Shown: positions 25,426 through 37,432 of the stretch, in pieces | Layout of the letters: each line of letters starts with the position of its first letter | Position numbering within the stretch: the stretch's first letter is position 1 | Source: Octopus bimaculoides | Taxonomy: Eukaryota | Length of the DNA: 63,256 nucleotides | Direction: 5' to 3' | NCBI RefSeq assembly: GCF_001194135.2 | Contig: NC_068982.1 | Span: 132,843,037 to 132,906,292, forward strand | Notes under the pieces: generated by a model | Database searches by the model: none | Told to the model about the DNA's origin: nothing | The model's input: the letters and a program-made list of their open reading frames with translations, nothing else | Translations under genes and position numbers: made by a program

Positions 25426-26251
25426 TATATCTTGTGCGTAATAATGAATGTCTTTCTTATTCAATGACAGAAAATTAAACAGTCATTTCCCCTGTATAAT
25501 TCGTTTCTCTGAAATAATAAAAAAAAAAGTTAGGGTTTTTGTTATGCCAAAAATGGGTGGTGCACATATATTTTACCTCCGCCAGAATGACATTCATGCC
25601 ATGTAAGTTAACAAAGATTTCTGAGGGAACACTAAAGTCATATTCACTTAGTGAGTTCATTGTGCCAGGATGTTTTAGGAAGTTGATGGTGTCAGTGTTG
25701 GATGTGATAAGAGTGGGAGCAGTGGAAGTCTGTGGTGAATGACCACAAATAAGCGAGTAATAGCCTTGTGAGACAAATGCAAGCTAGACTCCTCAGCTTA
25801 GTAAAACTGCTATATTTAAAGAAACTGGAAGGCTCCAGAAAAGAGGTGAAAGTTTTTTCACCAAGAGAACACATGATCCATTTTAGGGTATCTGATTAGT
25901 TGACTATGTAATTTGGTGCAATTGTTTAGGGGACATCTTTGTGCCTAAAAACTAACCAATCAGAACAATAGTTACAACCTGGTCTTTATAGTTAAGTGTT
26001 CTCTGCTATGTCCAAACAATGACTATAAATCAAAAGGAGAGAGAATAATTTTTCTTTTGTTTTGTAACTACTCACAGAATTAGTTTTTATCCCTAGCAAA
26101 TCATGGCAGACCCCAATTTTTTTTTTTTATCAAATTATATTATATATACCTCTTCGATAAACCAACTCCTTATCAATTATGTCTATAATTAATTGTTCGA
26201 ATCGTGAGTTATTTTTGTAATACTAGCAGTTAGTACTTTATGTGTTCTCTT

Positions 26252-26532
26252 TTAACCCATAAACTGCTGAGATTTTGCTGTATGTAACACAAACTGCTGA
26301 GCCTATTTTGGGTAAAGATCAACATCGATCTATCACTTGAAAAAAAATTCTCAGTGTTTCTTAACACCTTCTGTGATTAGCTACACTGTTTCTGGGGTGA
26401 AAGGGTATCGTGTGCATACATTATACGTCATCAAAATTAGGTCAGAACATGCCCTACTTCCATGGCCACGAATGTGGCCTGTCGCACTGTCGCGTTGGCC
26501 ACTGAGGTGGCCTATCGCAGTTTATGGGTTAA
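26252..26532. mobile_element. piggyBac-type MITE
   Basis: TTAA at both ends with a perfect 12-bp TIR, CCCATAAACTGC / GCAGTTTATGGG. Confidence 0.7.
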
Positions 26533-26664
26533 ATAAAGTAAATCTATTGTAACCCATTCTACCCTTCTAAATTCGCCAGAAATGCTAAAACTCAGTGAAA
26601 CCCATTATAGTGTTTCTCTATTTCTTACTGCTACCATTTCTTCTCTCTGTCTCTGTTCCAGTTC

Positions 26665-26905
26665 CTCAAGAAATATTGGTTTCAAATTTTGGCACAAGGC
26701 CAACAATTTTTAGGGAAGAGTTAAGTCAGTTACATCAACCCCAGTGTCCAACTGGTACTTATTTTATTGCCCCCACCACCACCTACAAAAAATGGATGAA
26801 AAGCAAAGTTGACCTCGGCAGAATTTGAACTCAGAACATGAAGATGGATGAAATGTCACCAAGCATTTTGCCTGGCATGCTAATGATTCTGTCAGCTTGC
26901 TGCCT
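26665..26905 (-). mobile_element. tRNA-derived SINE (second family)
   Basis: Same motifs as 25215..25425. Confidence 0.8.
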
Positions 26906-27068
26906 TAGTCCCTTAAGAAATANNNNNNNNNNACTTTTCTATTTAAACAGCAAAACGTCATTTTAAAAAATGAGAGATTAAAGCACTAAAATATTCATAA
27001 ATTAAAATACAAAAGATATGATAGGAAGAAGAATAATAAAATATGTGAGAAAGGCAAAAATTCATTAC

Positions 27069-27257
27069 CGTATCCTTGTCTTTTACAGTTATTATCTCAT
27101 TTATTGTTACTGGATTATCCTTTGTAGTATTTTCATTGACCTTTGCAGTGAAAGAATTGTTATTGAACAAGGGATCATTGTCATTCTCATCTTCTATAAA
27201 TATTGTGATGTTTTTCATGACACTGTCACCTATTTGGTTATTTTCTATTTCATAAGC
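27069..27257 (-). CDS. Cadherin-repeat gene, visible exon 7 (phase 0-0): AYEIENNQIGDSVMKNITIFIEDENDNDPLF...KDKDT
   Basis: ttttctcttgtattttatag acceptor, gtaatg donor, 189 nt, DENDNDP Ca-binding linker and DKD motif. Confidence 0.93.
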
Positions 27258-27519
27258 CTATAAAATACAAGAGAAAAGCACTATAATGAATTACTTTATT
27301 TCAATGAAAATATTGGTCAACAATTTTAAACCTGAGACTGAATAAAAATTTCATGCAAATAACTTATTTTATAAATAGTTTCATAATGAATTCTACAGGC
27401 TTTTTGCTTTTCTTTTCTTTTTTTTATCTATTTTTACATTGTATGATATGCCCCTTTGAATTTAGATATCTTTTTGCTCAAATCAAAACCACCAGTGGAA
27501 GCATTCCAAAAGTGAGACC

Positions 27520-29375
27520 ATTAAGTTATCCCCAATGATTGGGATAGTAGTACTATAGTTAGCTGCTACAAGGGTAAAGGAGATGCCTTAAATAGAAACA
27601 ACTACAGAGATATCAAATTATTGGCCTAGCTCATGAAAGTTAGAGAGGGTTATGGCTCAATTGATTAGGAATAGAGTAAGAATAGATGAGATGCAATATG
27701 GTCTTGTGCCCGAGAAGAGTAACACAGATACCATCTTCCTAGTGAGACAGCTGCAAGAGAAGTATCTAGCCAAATGTAAACTATTGTACTTGGTTTTTAT
27801 CAACCTGGAGAAAGTTTTTGACAGATTCCCTCACTCTGTTATCTGGTAGTCCCTAAGGAAGTTAGATGAGTGGCTTGTAAGAGCTGTACATGCCATGTAC
27901 AGATGTTTAGGTAGGGTGGGAGTCAGCCTACATTCATCACTGTATTCAGTGATGAATGTAGTGTACAAGTAGGAGTCCATTAGGGTTCAGTTCTCAGTCC
28001 ACTTTTGTTCATCATAGTACTCCAAGCCATGACACAGAAATTTAAAACTGGCTGCCTACCTATCTTTTATTCACTTGTTATTGCACAAATATAAAGTTTT
28101 CTGCAGGAAGATAAAAAAAAAAAGCTAAAGAGTTAATAAGTTACAAGATTGTTCTTCAAACAGATGAAAATGGGAGAAAGTGTGATCCTATTTGACAAAA
28201 GAGTTCATTTGAAAATAAATACTATGTCATATCTTGATCTGTCAGAAAGGTATAGATAGAAATTCCATAAGATTTACCTAGTGTAAGCTATGGAAACAAG
28301 AGGTGCACTAATATCAGAGGAGAGTTAACTGGGAAAATAATATTTGTGCATAGAAGGTGCACAGGTACAATTAACATTAAAAAATGTACAGAAAATAGAT
28401 TCCATCAAATGCCAGTGGGGTAAGCTAGAGGTAGTTGATAGCTTCTGTTATCTAGGTGACCAAGACAGTAGTGGAGGTGGATGCTCCAAGAGTGTGGATA
28501 CAAGAATAAGAATAGGCTGGGCAAAGTTCAGAGAGCTTCTGCTTCTGTTGGCAATAAAAGGGCCTCTCGCTCAGAGTGAAAGGCAGACTGTATAATGCCT
28601 GTGTGTGAACAGCTATACTACACGGCAGTGAAACATTGGCTGTGGCCACTGAGGATGTGCATTGGTTTGAAAGAAATGAAGCTAGTATTCTTCACTGGAT
28701 GTGCAGTGTCAGTGTGCATGTATGACAGAGTGAAAGCATCTTGAGAGAAAAGCTGGGCATTAGAGGCATCAGATGTGGTATGCAAGAGAGACTGAGCTGG
28801 TATGGACATGTGATGTGTATGGAGAAAGACAGCTGTGTAAAGAAGTGCCGATCTCTAATTGTGGAGGGAAACTTTGGAAGAGGTAGTCCCAGGAAGACAT
28901 GTGATGAGGTGGTGAAGCATGATCTTTGAATGTTGGGCCTCACAGAAGCAATGACTAGTGACCAAGACCTTTGGCAATATGCCATGCTTGAGAAGACCCA
29001 TCAAGCCAAGTGAAATCATAGTTATGGCTGATGCTGGTGTCACGTAAATAGTATGTAAAAAGCATTTTCGAGTGTTGGGTCTCACAGAGGCAATGACAAA
29101 TGACCGAGACTTTGGCAATATGAGAAGAAGACTCATCAAGCCAAGTGAAATTCTAGTCATGGCAGATACTGGTGTCACGCAAGTGGCACCCATGCTGGTG
29201 GCACATAAAAGTACCCATTACACTCTCGGAGTGGTTGGCGTTAGGAAGGGCATCCAGCCATAGAAAACCATGCCAAATCAGCCTCGAATCTGGTGTAGCT
29301 CCTCTGTTTACTCGTCCTGGTCAAACTATCCAACCCATGCCTTCATGGACAACAGATTTTAATGATGATGATGAT
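27520..29375 (+). mobile_element. RTE LINE 3' half with (GAT)n tail; about 180 bp replaced by unrelated sequence at ~28058..28235
   Basis: IDEMQYGLVPEKSNTDTIFLVRQLQEKY; LEVVDSFCYLG; 3' UTR. Confidence 0.85.
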
Positions 29376-29899
29376 AAACAAATATTCACTATTTGAAGAG
29401 AAGTACTCTCACACAAACAGCATACACATGACATAGAGATTATTTAGCTTAACTACAACACTGCCATTTATTAGATAATGATAGTCATAAAATATAAATA
29501 ATTGAACGAGAACAGTATGGTACAATAAGTAGATAGAAATGTAATTTGTTTTCTCTATAGTAAAACATGGATATTAGTATTTTAAACTCATAGGACATGG
29601 TAAATGAAACATTTATTTTATTAGATTTGATTCTAACTAGTTGTCAATCAAGGTAAGTGAAAAATATTTAGAAGTATTTGCTGGTTTACATTGATTTCTT
29701 ACATAGGTACATGGTCATAAGTTTTTGAAGAAGATATAGATCATTAAATTCACCCCAGTACTTGACTGGTNNNNNNNNNNTAAACTCATAGGACATGGTA
29801 AATGAAACATTTATTTTATTAGATTTGATTCTAACTAGTTGTCAATCAAGGTAAGTGAAAAATATTTAGAAGTATTTGCTGGTTTACATTGATTTCTTA

Positions 29900-30095
29900 C
29901 ATAGGTACATGGTCATAAGTTTTTGAAGAAGATATAGATCATTAAATTCACCCCAGTACTTGACTGGTGCCTATTTTTTCAACTCTAGAAGGATGAAATG
30001 CAAAGTAGTTGACTCTGGCAGGATTTGAACTCAGAAACTGCAAAGTTGTAACCAAATACTGCAAAGCATCTTGTCCAATGCTTAACTGATTCTCT
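29900..30095 (-). mobile_element. tRNA-derived SINE (second family), degenerate
   Basis: CCCCAGTACTTGACTGGT..AGGATGAAA..ATTTGAACTCAGAA. Confidence 0.7.
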
Positions 30096-30129
30096 TTATC
30101 TATTGTCTGATTGTCCAGTAATATTAATA

Positions 30130-30300
30130 TCTAGATGCGTCTGTTTTTATATTCTGAGTTCAAATTCCACCAAAGTTGATTTTGTCTTTCATCCTTTCAG
30201 GGTCGATAAAATAAGTACCTGTTGAGCACTGGGGATGATGAAATCAACTTAGCCCCTCCCTTGAAATTGCTGGCCTTGTGCCAAAATTCGAAACCAATAT
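30130..30300 (+). mobile_element. tRNA-derived SINE (second family)
   Basis: TTCTGAGTTCAAATTCC..TTTCATCCTTTCAGGGTCGATAAAATAAGTACC. Confidence 0.8.
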
Positions 30301-30390
30301 TAATATCCGGGTGGCTAAAACCAAACAAAAAGTTAATTTATTATTTCTGTCTGTGAAAAACATTAACAAGTGGTAAATAAATGAAAATAC

Positions 30391-30512
30391 CTTTATTTCA
30401 ACAGTACAGACACCACTCAGTTTATTAATTACAGAATCTTCTCGGTCAAGATTATCAGATTTAATTCTAACTTCACCTCTGTCATTGGAAATAGAGAAGG
30501 CTGAACAAGAAT
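30391..30512 (-). CDS. Cadherin-repeat gene, visible exon 6 (phase 1-0): (D)SCSAFSISNDRGEVRIKSDNLDREDSVINKLSGVCTVEIK
   Basis: tttttcag acceptor, gtattt donor, 122 nt, LDRE motif; phase matches exon 5. Confidence 0.92.
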
Positions 30513-30970
30513 CTGAAAAATAAAGCAAATGTTTGAAAGAAGAGTTTTCTTTTCTTTTTCTTTATTTAATTTTTTTTAATTAATGCTTCAGACAGAATCC
30601 AGTTAAAAATTACCTATATCCCATTCAATTTAACATGTCCTTATTAATATTTCTCATATGCAAAGTTTAGCAGTAATGTTAAGGCAAAAAAATTAATGAA
30701 GACAGGATTATGTTGCAAACATTTGTAGTAACAGTGCTGCTTTGTGTAATCAGTGGCTTGTTTGGATCAAGCCATAATTTTGTGATGCAATAACCAAGAG
30801 AGATGCACTTAGCCATTCATTAGAGATATGCCTAAATTCGGGGATGGAGTGCAACTATTTATCCCATGTGACTTCTTTTCATATTATTTCTGGTATTGTG
30901 ACAAATTAAATTCAAGTTGACCAAAGATAAAACTCCAGTTCACAAAGCCAACTATGAAGTGACTAAATCA

Positions 30971-31876
30971 TACGAATGGGTACCCAAAAGAAACCAGAAT
31001 TTTGCAATATAATTTTATTGACTTAGTTTTACATGTTTACACTTTTATCGCCTTCAAAGCATTCTCCATTTAAAGCAATGAATTGGTCCAGGCACATTTT
31101 TCACTATTTGAACCAGTGCTGGAACTCTTGCAAGGTGATACCTTTTAACACATCTATTGTTTTTTCTTCACCTCTTCCACATAGGCAAATTCCATAGCAC
31201 CAGCTTTCATCACCAGTTATAATTTTTCAAAAAAGGTCCCAGTCAACTTCCAACTTTTCTTTCAGTTCATGACATGCATTCAGTTGTGATTACTTGTGAC
31301 TTTTGTGAGCAAGTGAGACACAAATTTTGCTGCAACTCTTTTCAGTCACAATTTGTTGCCCAAAATTCATTGGTAGGAGCTCCAGGACAAAGATGATACA
31401 CCAATCATATCAACAAGTTTGTCCATTGGTTTGGTGACGGTCCTCCAAAATCAGTTCATAAATTTTCATGATATATTCATTCATTTGGGAAGTTGACGAT
31501 TGTCCTGGACTAGGTTGGTCTTCAAGTGACAAGTGACCATTTCTAAAGCATGAAAACAATTTGCAAACTTGTTTTGCTCATGGCAGCATCCTTGTAAACT
31601 GTTTGAAGCATGATAACTATTTTCATCACTGTTTTTTCCAGCAGAAAACAGAACTTCATGGAAGTACACTGTTCCTTCATTCCAGCTATCGCAAAAATCA
31701 ATGAAATAGAGAGGAGCAAAAATGCACCACATGACAGTATAAATCGAAATGATGCTGCCAGTTAGCAGATTGATACCTGAGGGTCATATCAAGCAGCTTC
31801 TAGCAGTGGAAACCTGAACTACAAGGAGCTTGTCCCACAGAGAACCTTACTGGTTACTTTTGGGTACCCCCTTGTA
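30971..31876 (-). mobile_element. Internally deleted mariner with both TIRs
   Basis: TACGAATGGGTACCCAAAAGAAACC versus reverse complement TACAAGGGGGTACCCAAAAGTAACC; N-terminal MKFCFLLEKT..ML..VYKDAAMSKT remnants. Confidence 0.8.
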
Positions 31877-32353
31877 AGTATCATTCTGCAAGTACTGAGA
31901 TGGATATAATCAACCATACTCTTCAATATGGCGTCCTAGCATGGCCAAAGTCTAATGACTGAAGCTAAAAACTGGATAAGAGAATATGTTAGTGTATGTG
32001 AATGTATGTATGAGCGTATGATTTTATAAATGTTGTTTATACTTAAATTCATATTCAAAGACGCTACAAGTTCAAATCACTAAATGCTTAAATTCTCTTT
32101 TAAAGAAACAATTCTTAAAATGTAATTATGAAGGAAGTAATAGTGTCCTAAAATTGTTGTTTATGATGTATATTATGGATTGATCACTTTTAATGGAATG
32201 GATAAATGGCATTAACTCACTTTATAAAAGACTCACTTCAAACATGCCATTAACAAAATGAATTAAACTGAATCAGTGTGTGAAAGCTTTTATCATGTCT
32301 CATGCCATAAAAGTAGAAATACTGATATACAGCTTAACAAAGTAATTATTAAT

Positions 32354-32670
32354 GTTAAATCTCTGAACGAGGTATTAACAGTAACTGCACGATAAAGTGA
32401 AGTATATTTATCACTTAAATGTGGCTGACCCCTAAGGGTGGATGTTCCTGTTGCTTTTAGCCCCAGGAGAACATCTCCAGCTGGCTATCGACACACATCT
32501 GTGTCCTGTCTATATTTGCCAAGGAAAGATAACTTCCCTTGGCAAATATAGACAGGAGACAGATGTGTGTCGATAGCCAGCTGGAAGAGATGTTCTCCTG
32601 GGGCTAAAAGCAACAGTAACATCCACCCTTAGGGGTCAGCCACATTTAAGTGGCAAATATACTTCACTTT
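32354..32670. mobile_element. Hairpin insertion flanked by a 15-bp direct repeat (Penelope-like core suspected)
   Basis: Arms of about 135 bp with a 4-nt loop; AAAGTAATTATTAAT at 32339..32353 and 32671..32685. Confidence 0.75.
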
Positions 32671-32817
32671 AAAGTAATTATTAATTTGACAGCAATTTTA
32701 TACCTTACAGCAGAGCACTACACTTATTCGTGGTATTTTTTTTTAGCGGGTATGTAGATTGAGCCAGTATAGGTTAAATGTTTTCTGTTTAGGTACAGAG
32801 CAGTGCTGATGACAGGA

Positions 32818-32820
32818 TAT

Positions 32821-32851
<31 letters not shown>

Positions 32852-33592
32852 CCACCATCAACATCATCTTCATAATCATTTAAGCATCTGTTGTCCAAGC
32901 TCACAAATGTAAGATGGTTTGACTGGAGCTGGTAAGCTGAAGAGCTGCACAAGGCTTCAGTCTATTTTGGCTTGGTTTCTACAGCTGGATGCTCTTCCTA
33001 ATGTCAAAGTGTACTGGGTGCCTTTTATGTGCCACCAGCATGGTTGCCTTAGATATAAACTTATTATTAGTTGAAATATGCTTGAGGCATATTTAAACTC
33101 ATAAGAAAGCAATTCACTGCTTTGTCATGGCGAAAATTTCTCAGTGTAGACAAACGGTGTAAATACACCAAATAAGAAAATCTGTCAGCTTGTAGTGCAC
33201 CCTGTCTGGCTTCTGTAGCTGAAGAGGCAATAACTATTCCAAAAATGCATGCACAGTCTGGTTAGGTGGTGCTGTCAGCTGATTTTGTGTATTTACACCC
33301 ATTTGTCGACAGTGAGAAATTTTCTCCATGGCAAAAAACAATGAATGACATTCTTAAGAGTTTAAATATGCCCCAAGCATATTTCAACTAATAATAAGTT
33401 TATATCTAAGGCGCCCATGCTGGTGACACATCAAAGGCACCCAGTACACTTTTTTTATTAGGAAGAGCATCCAGCTGTAGAAACCAAACCAAAACAGACT
33501 GAAGCCTGGTGCAGCTCATCAGTTCCAGTCAATCCATCTTACACTTGTAAACATGGACAATGGATGCTTAAACGATGATATGATGATGATAT
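32818..33592. repeat. Chimeric fold-back: RTE 3' tail plus non-LINE arm, duplicated in inverted orientation
   Basis: (ATC)n..RTE tail..CCTTAGATATAAACTTATTATTAG on the left, mirrored on the right; about 80-bp spacer. Confidence 0.8.
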
Positions 33593-33607
33593 ATCATGAT
33601 ATCAGCA

Positions 33608-33646
<39 letters not shown>

Positions 33647-33651
<5 letters not shown>

Positions 33652-36214
33652 TCATTAAGAATGAAATGTCTGATTTTGAACTGAAAGTTTATTTAACTTT
33701 ATCTCAGTATAAAGCAATGCAGTTAATCAAAGTATGCACCTAAATTATCAACACAATTTTGTAATTTTATCGATAGCTTATTTATGCAGGCAGCAAAGAA
33801 TTCTGGAGAGCAAGAGGTGACGAAATCATGAAAAGCTGTTTTTGCATCTTCTTCAGTTTTGAAGGTTTTTCTTTGCAAAAAGTTGTTTAATCTCTGGAAA
33901 ACGGGATAATGAGTTGGTACAAGGTCTGGTGAATATGGTGGATGACAGAGTACTTCCAAGTTCACTTCCTGTAACTTGAGTAGTGTCCTTTGTGCAGTAT
34001 ATGGTTGAGCATTGTCTTGTAAGAGAATTGACCTGTCTCAGTTGACCAATCTCAGTTGTTTAATTGCAAGTTCACCTGTCATTTCATCCATTTGATAAAT
34101 GTATACAACTGCTGCAGTTGACTTACCAGGTCTCATGAAACTGTAGTGAATGACTCCAGTGCTGGACCACCAAACAGATACCATTAGCTTTTTTATGAAT
34201 ATTCTTTTACGGATTGTGTTTTGGCACTTTGTCTCTATCCAACCACTGTGCAGATTGCTTGCTATTGTTGAAAAGAATCCATTTTTCATCACACATAGCA
34301 ATACGATGCAAAAATGGTTCACTTTTATGCTGTGACAGCAAAGAACAGCAAGTTTCAAGACAGCATGTCATTTCATGCTCATTCAGTTCATGTGGTACCT
34401 ACTTGTCCAGCTTCTTTACCTTGCCAATTTGTTCCAGATGGTCCAATACAGTTGGAATTGAAATATCAAACCTTGCTGCTAAGTATTGGGTCGTCGAGAA
34501 AGTTCTTGTGGTTTTTAACCTTTAAATTCAGATGCACATATCTCGGATCAAACAAAACTTTATTAATCGAAATAAACACCATCAGAATCAACACACTTTT
34601 GCCAACATGAAACAAGTTTATTTATGCCAGTAGCATAAAAATCCTGCATTCTGGTGTCAACGAAGTCGTTGAAGGCGTGTCTGGCATCGTCTTGGTTTAT
34701 GAAGCCTTTCTCATACAGGAAGTTGTTGAGATGCTTGAAAAAGTGGTAGTCGGTAGGTGAGAGGTCTGGTGAGTATGGCGGATGAGGCAGAGTTTCGTAG
34801 TCCAATTCGTTCAACTTCTGCAGGATCAGTTGTGCGATGTGTGGCCGAGCATTGTCATTGAGAAGAATTGGTCTTTTTCTATTGACCAATGCTAGCTGTT
34901 GTTGTCGGAGTTTCTTATGCATTTCATCCATTTGCTGACAGTACTTCTCTGTTGTAATGTTTTCGCCGGGATCCAAAAAGCTGTGATGGATGAGACCGGT
35001 CGCAGACCACCAAACAGTCATCATAACCTTCTTTTGGTGCAACTTTGGCTTCAGGAAGTGCTGTGGAGCTTCGTCGGCGTCCAACCACTGAGCTGAGCAT
35101 TGCCGGTTGTCGTAAAGAATCCACTTTTCATTGCAAGTCACAATTTGGTCAAGAAACAGGTCGTTCTTGTTGCATGAAAGAAGGGAAGATGACACTTCAA
35201 AACGGCGTTTTTTTTTTTTTTGGTTGTCGTTCAATTCTTGCAGCATCCATTTCTCAACTATTTCTTTTTTCCAATCTGTTTCAAGTGGTTGGAAATTGTC
35301 GTATACATTACATCTAATTCAGAAGCAATCTCTCGAACAGATGTGTACGGATTGGCTTCCACTAAGGCTCTTAGTTAATCATTGTCAACATCCGATGGTC
35401 GACCACTATGCTTATCATCTTCAAGACTCTCGTCACCACTACGAAATTTCTTGAACCACCATTGTGCTGTACGTTTATTAGTGGTTCCTGGGCCAAACCT
35501 ATCGTTGATATCGTGAGTTGTTTTAGCAGCTTTTCGGCCTAGCTTGAACTGGAATAAGAAAATTGCGCAAATTTGCATTTTGTCCATGTTGTTTTAAATG
35601 TTCTGGAAAAAATGGCCTAATTATTCAAAAAGTAAAAGAGTACCATGATTAGATAGAGCGAAAGGCGGGCTTTAAAATGATATATAAAGTCCAAGTAATT
35701 TAACAAAAATTAATTTGAAATACATCACTTAAAACCAAAATTAAAAATTCCACAATAACTTCCTTGACAACCTAATAGTTTGAGATGTAGCCACTGCCAC
35801 TAGTTTCCAGTTCATAATTATCCACCTTGGTTTCAGGTCTACCATGGGGCTGACTTTCATGAGTAAAGTCATCAGACCAGAACTTCTCAAACCATCAATG
35901 TACAGTGCACTCATTTGCTACATCTTCACCAAACACCTCATTGATGTTTCAAGCTGTCTGGGATGCATTGATTCCATGACAGAACTCATATTCATAAACT
36001 ACACGAATTTTTTTATCAATCCATGGGTTCACAAAAATTGATTTACATGAGAAAACTCACAATATAATCAGACACCATGAATTACATTTTGGAAAGCGAT
36101 GATGTAAATTCTCCAATGTTGTAAAACAGAGGATTGTCATGATAAAACATTAAAGTTAATGGCTGTCAAACTTGGTGCATAAGAAAATCAGACATTTCAT
36201 TTTTAATGACCTGA
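33647..36214 (-). mobile_element. Mariner A (about 1.28 kb) in a (TA)n tract, interrupted by mariner B
   Basis: TIRs TCAG(A/G)TCATTAA(G/A)AATGAAATGTCTGATTTT; transposase remnants at 35790..36010 and 33723..34480 (YSPDL). Confidence 0.9.
34484..35777 (-). mobile_element. Mariner B (about 1.29 kb, DD34D type, defective)
   Basis: TA-flanked imperfect TIRs; ORFs 35375..35587 and 34563..35246 with VTCNEKW (catalytic D to N), DNARPH, YSPDLSPTDYHFF. Confidence 0.92.
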
Positions 36215-36601
36215 TATATATANNNNNNNNNNNNNNNNNNNNNNNNNNNNNNNNNNNNNNNNNNNNNNNNNNNNNNNNNNNNNNNNNNNNNNNNNNNNNN
36301 NNNNNNNNNNNNNNNNNNNNNNNNNNNNNNNNNNNNNNNNNNNNNNNNNNNNNNNNNNNNNNNNNNNNNNNNNNNNNNNNNNNNNNNNNNNNNNNNNNNN
36401 NNNNNNNNNNNNNNNNNNNNNNNNNNNNNNNNNNNNNNNNNNNNNNNNNNNNNNNNNNNNNNNNNNNNNNNNNNNNNNNNNNNNNNNNNNNNNNNNNNNN
36501 NNNNNNNNNNNNNNNNNNNNNNNNNNNNNNNNNNNNNNNNNNNNNNNNNNNNNNNNNNNNNNNNNNNNNNNNNNNNNNNNNNNNNNNNNNNNNNNNNNNN
36601 N

Positions 36602-36634
<33 letters not shown>

Positions 36635-36659
36635 TAATCAGTTGAGGAACTAAAGTCCC

Positions 36660-37110
36660 TTAAGGGATGCAAGCATCCTAGGTCAGAGAAAACCAAGTAT
36701 ATTAGTTTATCACTGAAACGTATTGGTATTTAAACAAACTTCTGAGTTTGTCATAGGTTAGCCTACATGTTAAATTTCCTTTAGAAATTCTCCTTAAGGA
36801 TATACACAATTCACTAGTTTCATATATGGAATTTTATTTCTGAAATTCAAGAATTGTGTATGGAAACAGCTGTAGGTAGGAATTTCTATGTATAACTTGT
36901 ATGTCTTTAGATAAAAACATCTGTATGAAAATTCTTTCCATTTTCTTGTTTATAGTTTATACATATCTGATTGACCGCTAACTCCAAAATTTTGTTTTTA
37001 TTCTCTCTCTGTTTATTTCTTCATGTTCCTTTCTGTTGAAGAGCATGGGCTTGAAACGTAAAACGACTTTCTCACCTTCCCGAGTGTCAAACTAATACAC
37101 CTGCTTGTAA
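36660..37110 (+). mobile_element. Possible Penelope-like terminal segment with hammerhead-like motif
   Basis: Contains CTTT-CTGTTGA-AGAGC-ATGG-GCTT-GAAA-CG-TA-AAA at 37029..37063 and a second partial GAAACGTA motif at ~36715. Confidence 0.4.
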
Positions 37111-37118
37111 ATTTCAAC

Positions 37119-37184
<66 letters not shown>

Positions 37185-37186
<2 letters not shown>

Positions 37187-37432
37187 ATCAACCAGACATC
37201 AGATGCTGCTACACATCACCAGTCACAATGCACTTTTGCATTGTCTTAGCTATCAAATGAGACCACACTCTTGGCTAGGTGAGCAGGCCAACATATCCTC
37301 TTGATCAAAAGGGGGACTGAAGCAATGTGAAATGAAGTGTTTTGTTCAAGAACACAATGTACCACCCAGTCTGGGAATTGAACCCTTGATCTAGTGATCA
37401 TGAGTCCAACCACTAGGCCATGCACCTTCACC
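37185..37432 (-). mobile_element. tRNA-derived SINE (third family)
   Basis: Reverse-complement head GTGAAGGTGCATGGCCTAGTGGTT..GGTTCAATTCCC..TTGTGTTCTTGAACAAAACACTT. Confidence 0.7.

Noticed and set aside
27229-27231. Alternative acceptor for exon 7 at AG|GT
   Set aside because: It gives phase 1, incompatible with exon 6 (phase 0). The acceptor at 27257 has a better pyrimidine tract and restores A-x-E.
29591-29968. ~180-bp tandem duplication
   Set aside because: Identical copies around a 10-N gap; assembly artefact.
32358-32400. CTGAACGA..GGT/ACT..CGATA, resembling a decayed hammerhead
   Set aside because: Both core segments deviate; cannot be supported without a family consensus.
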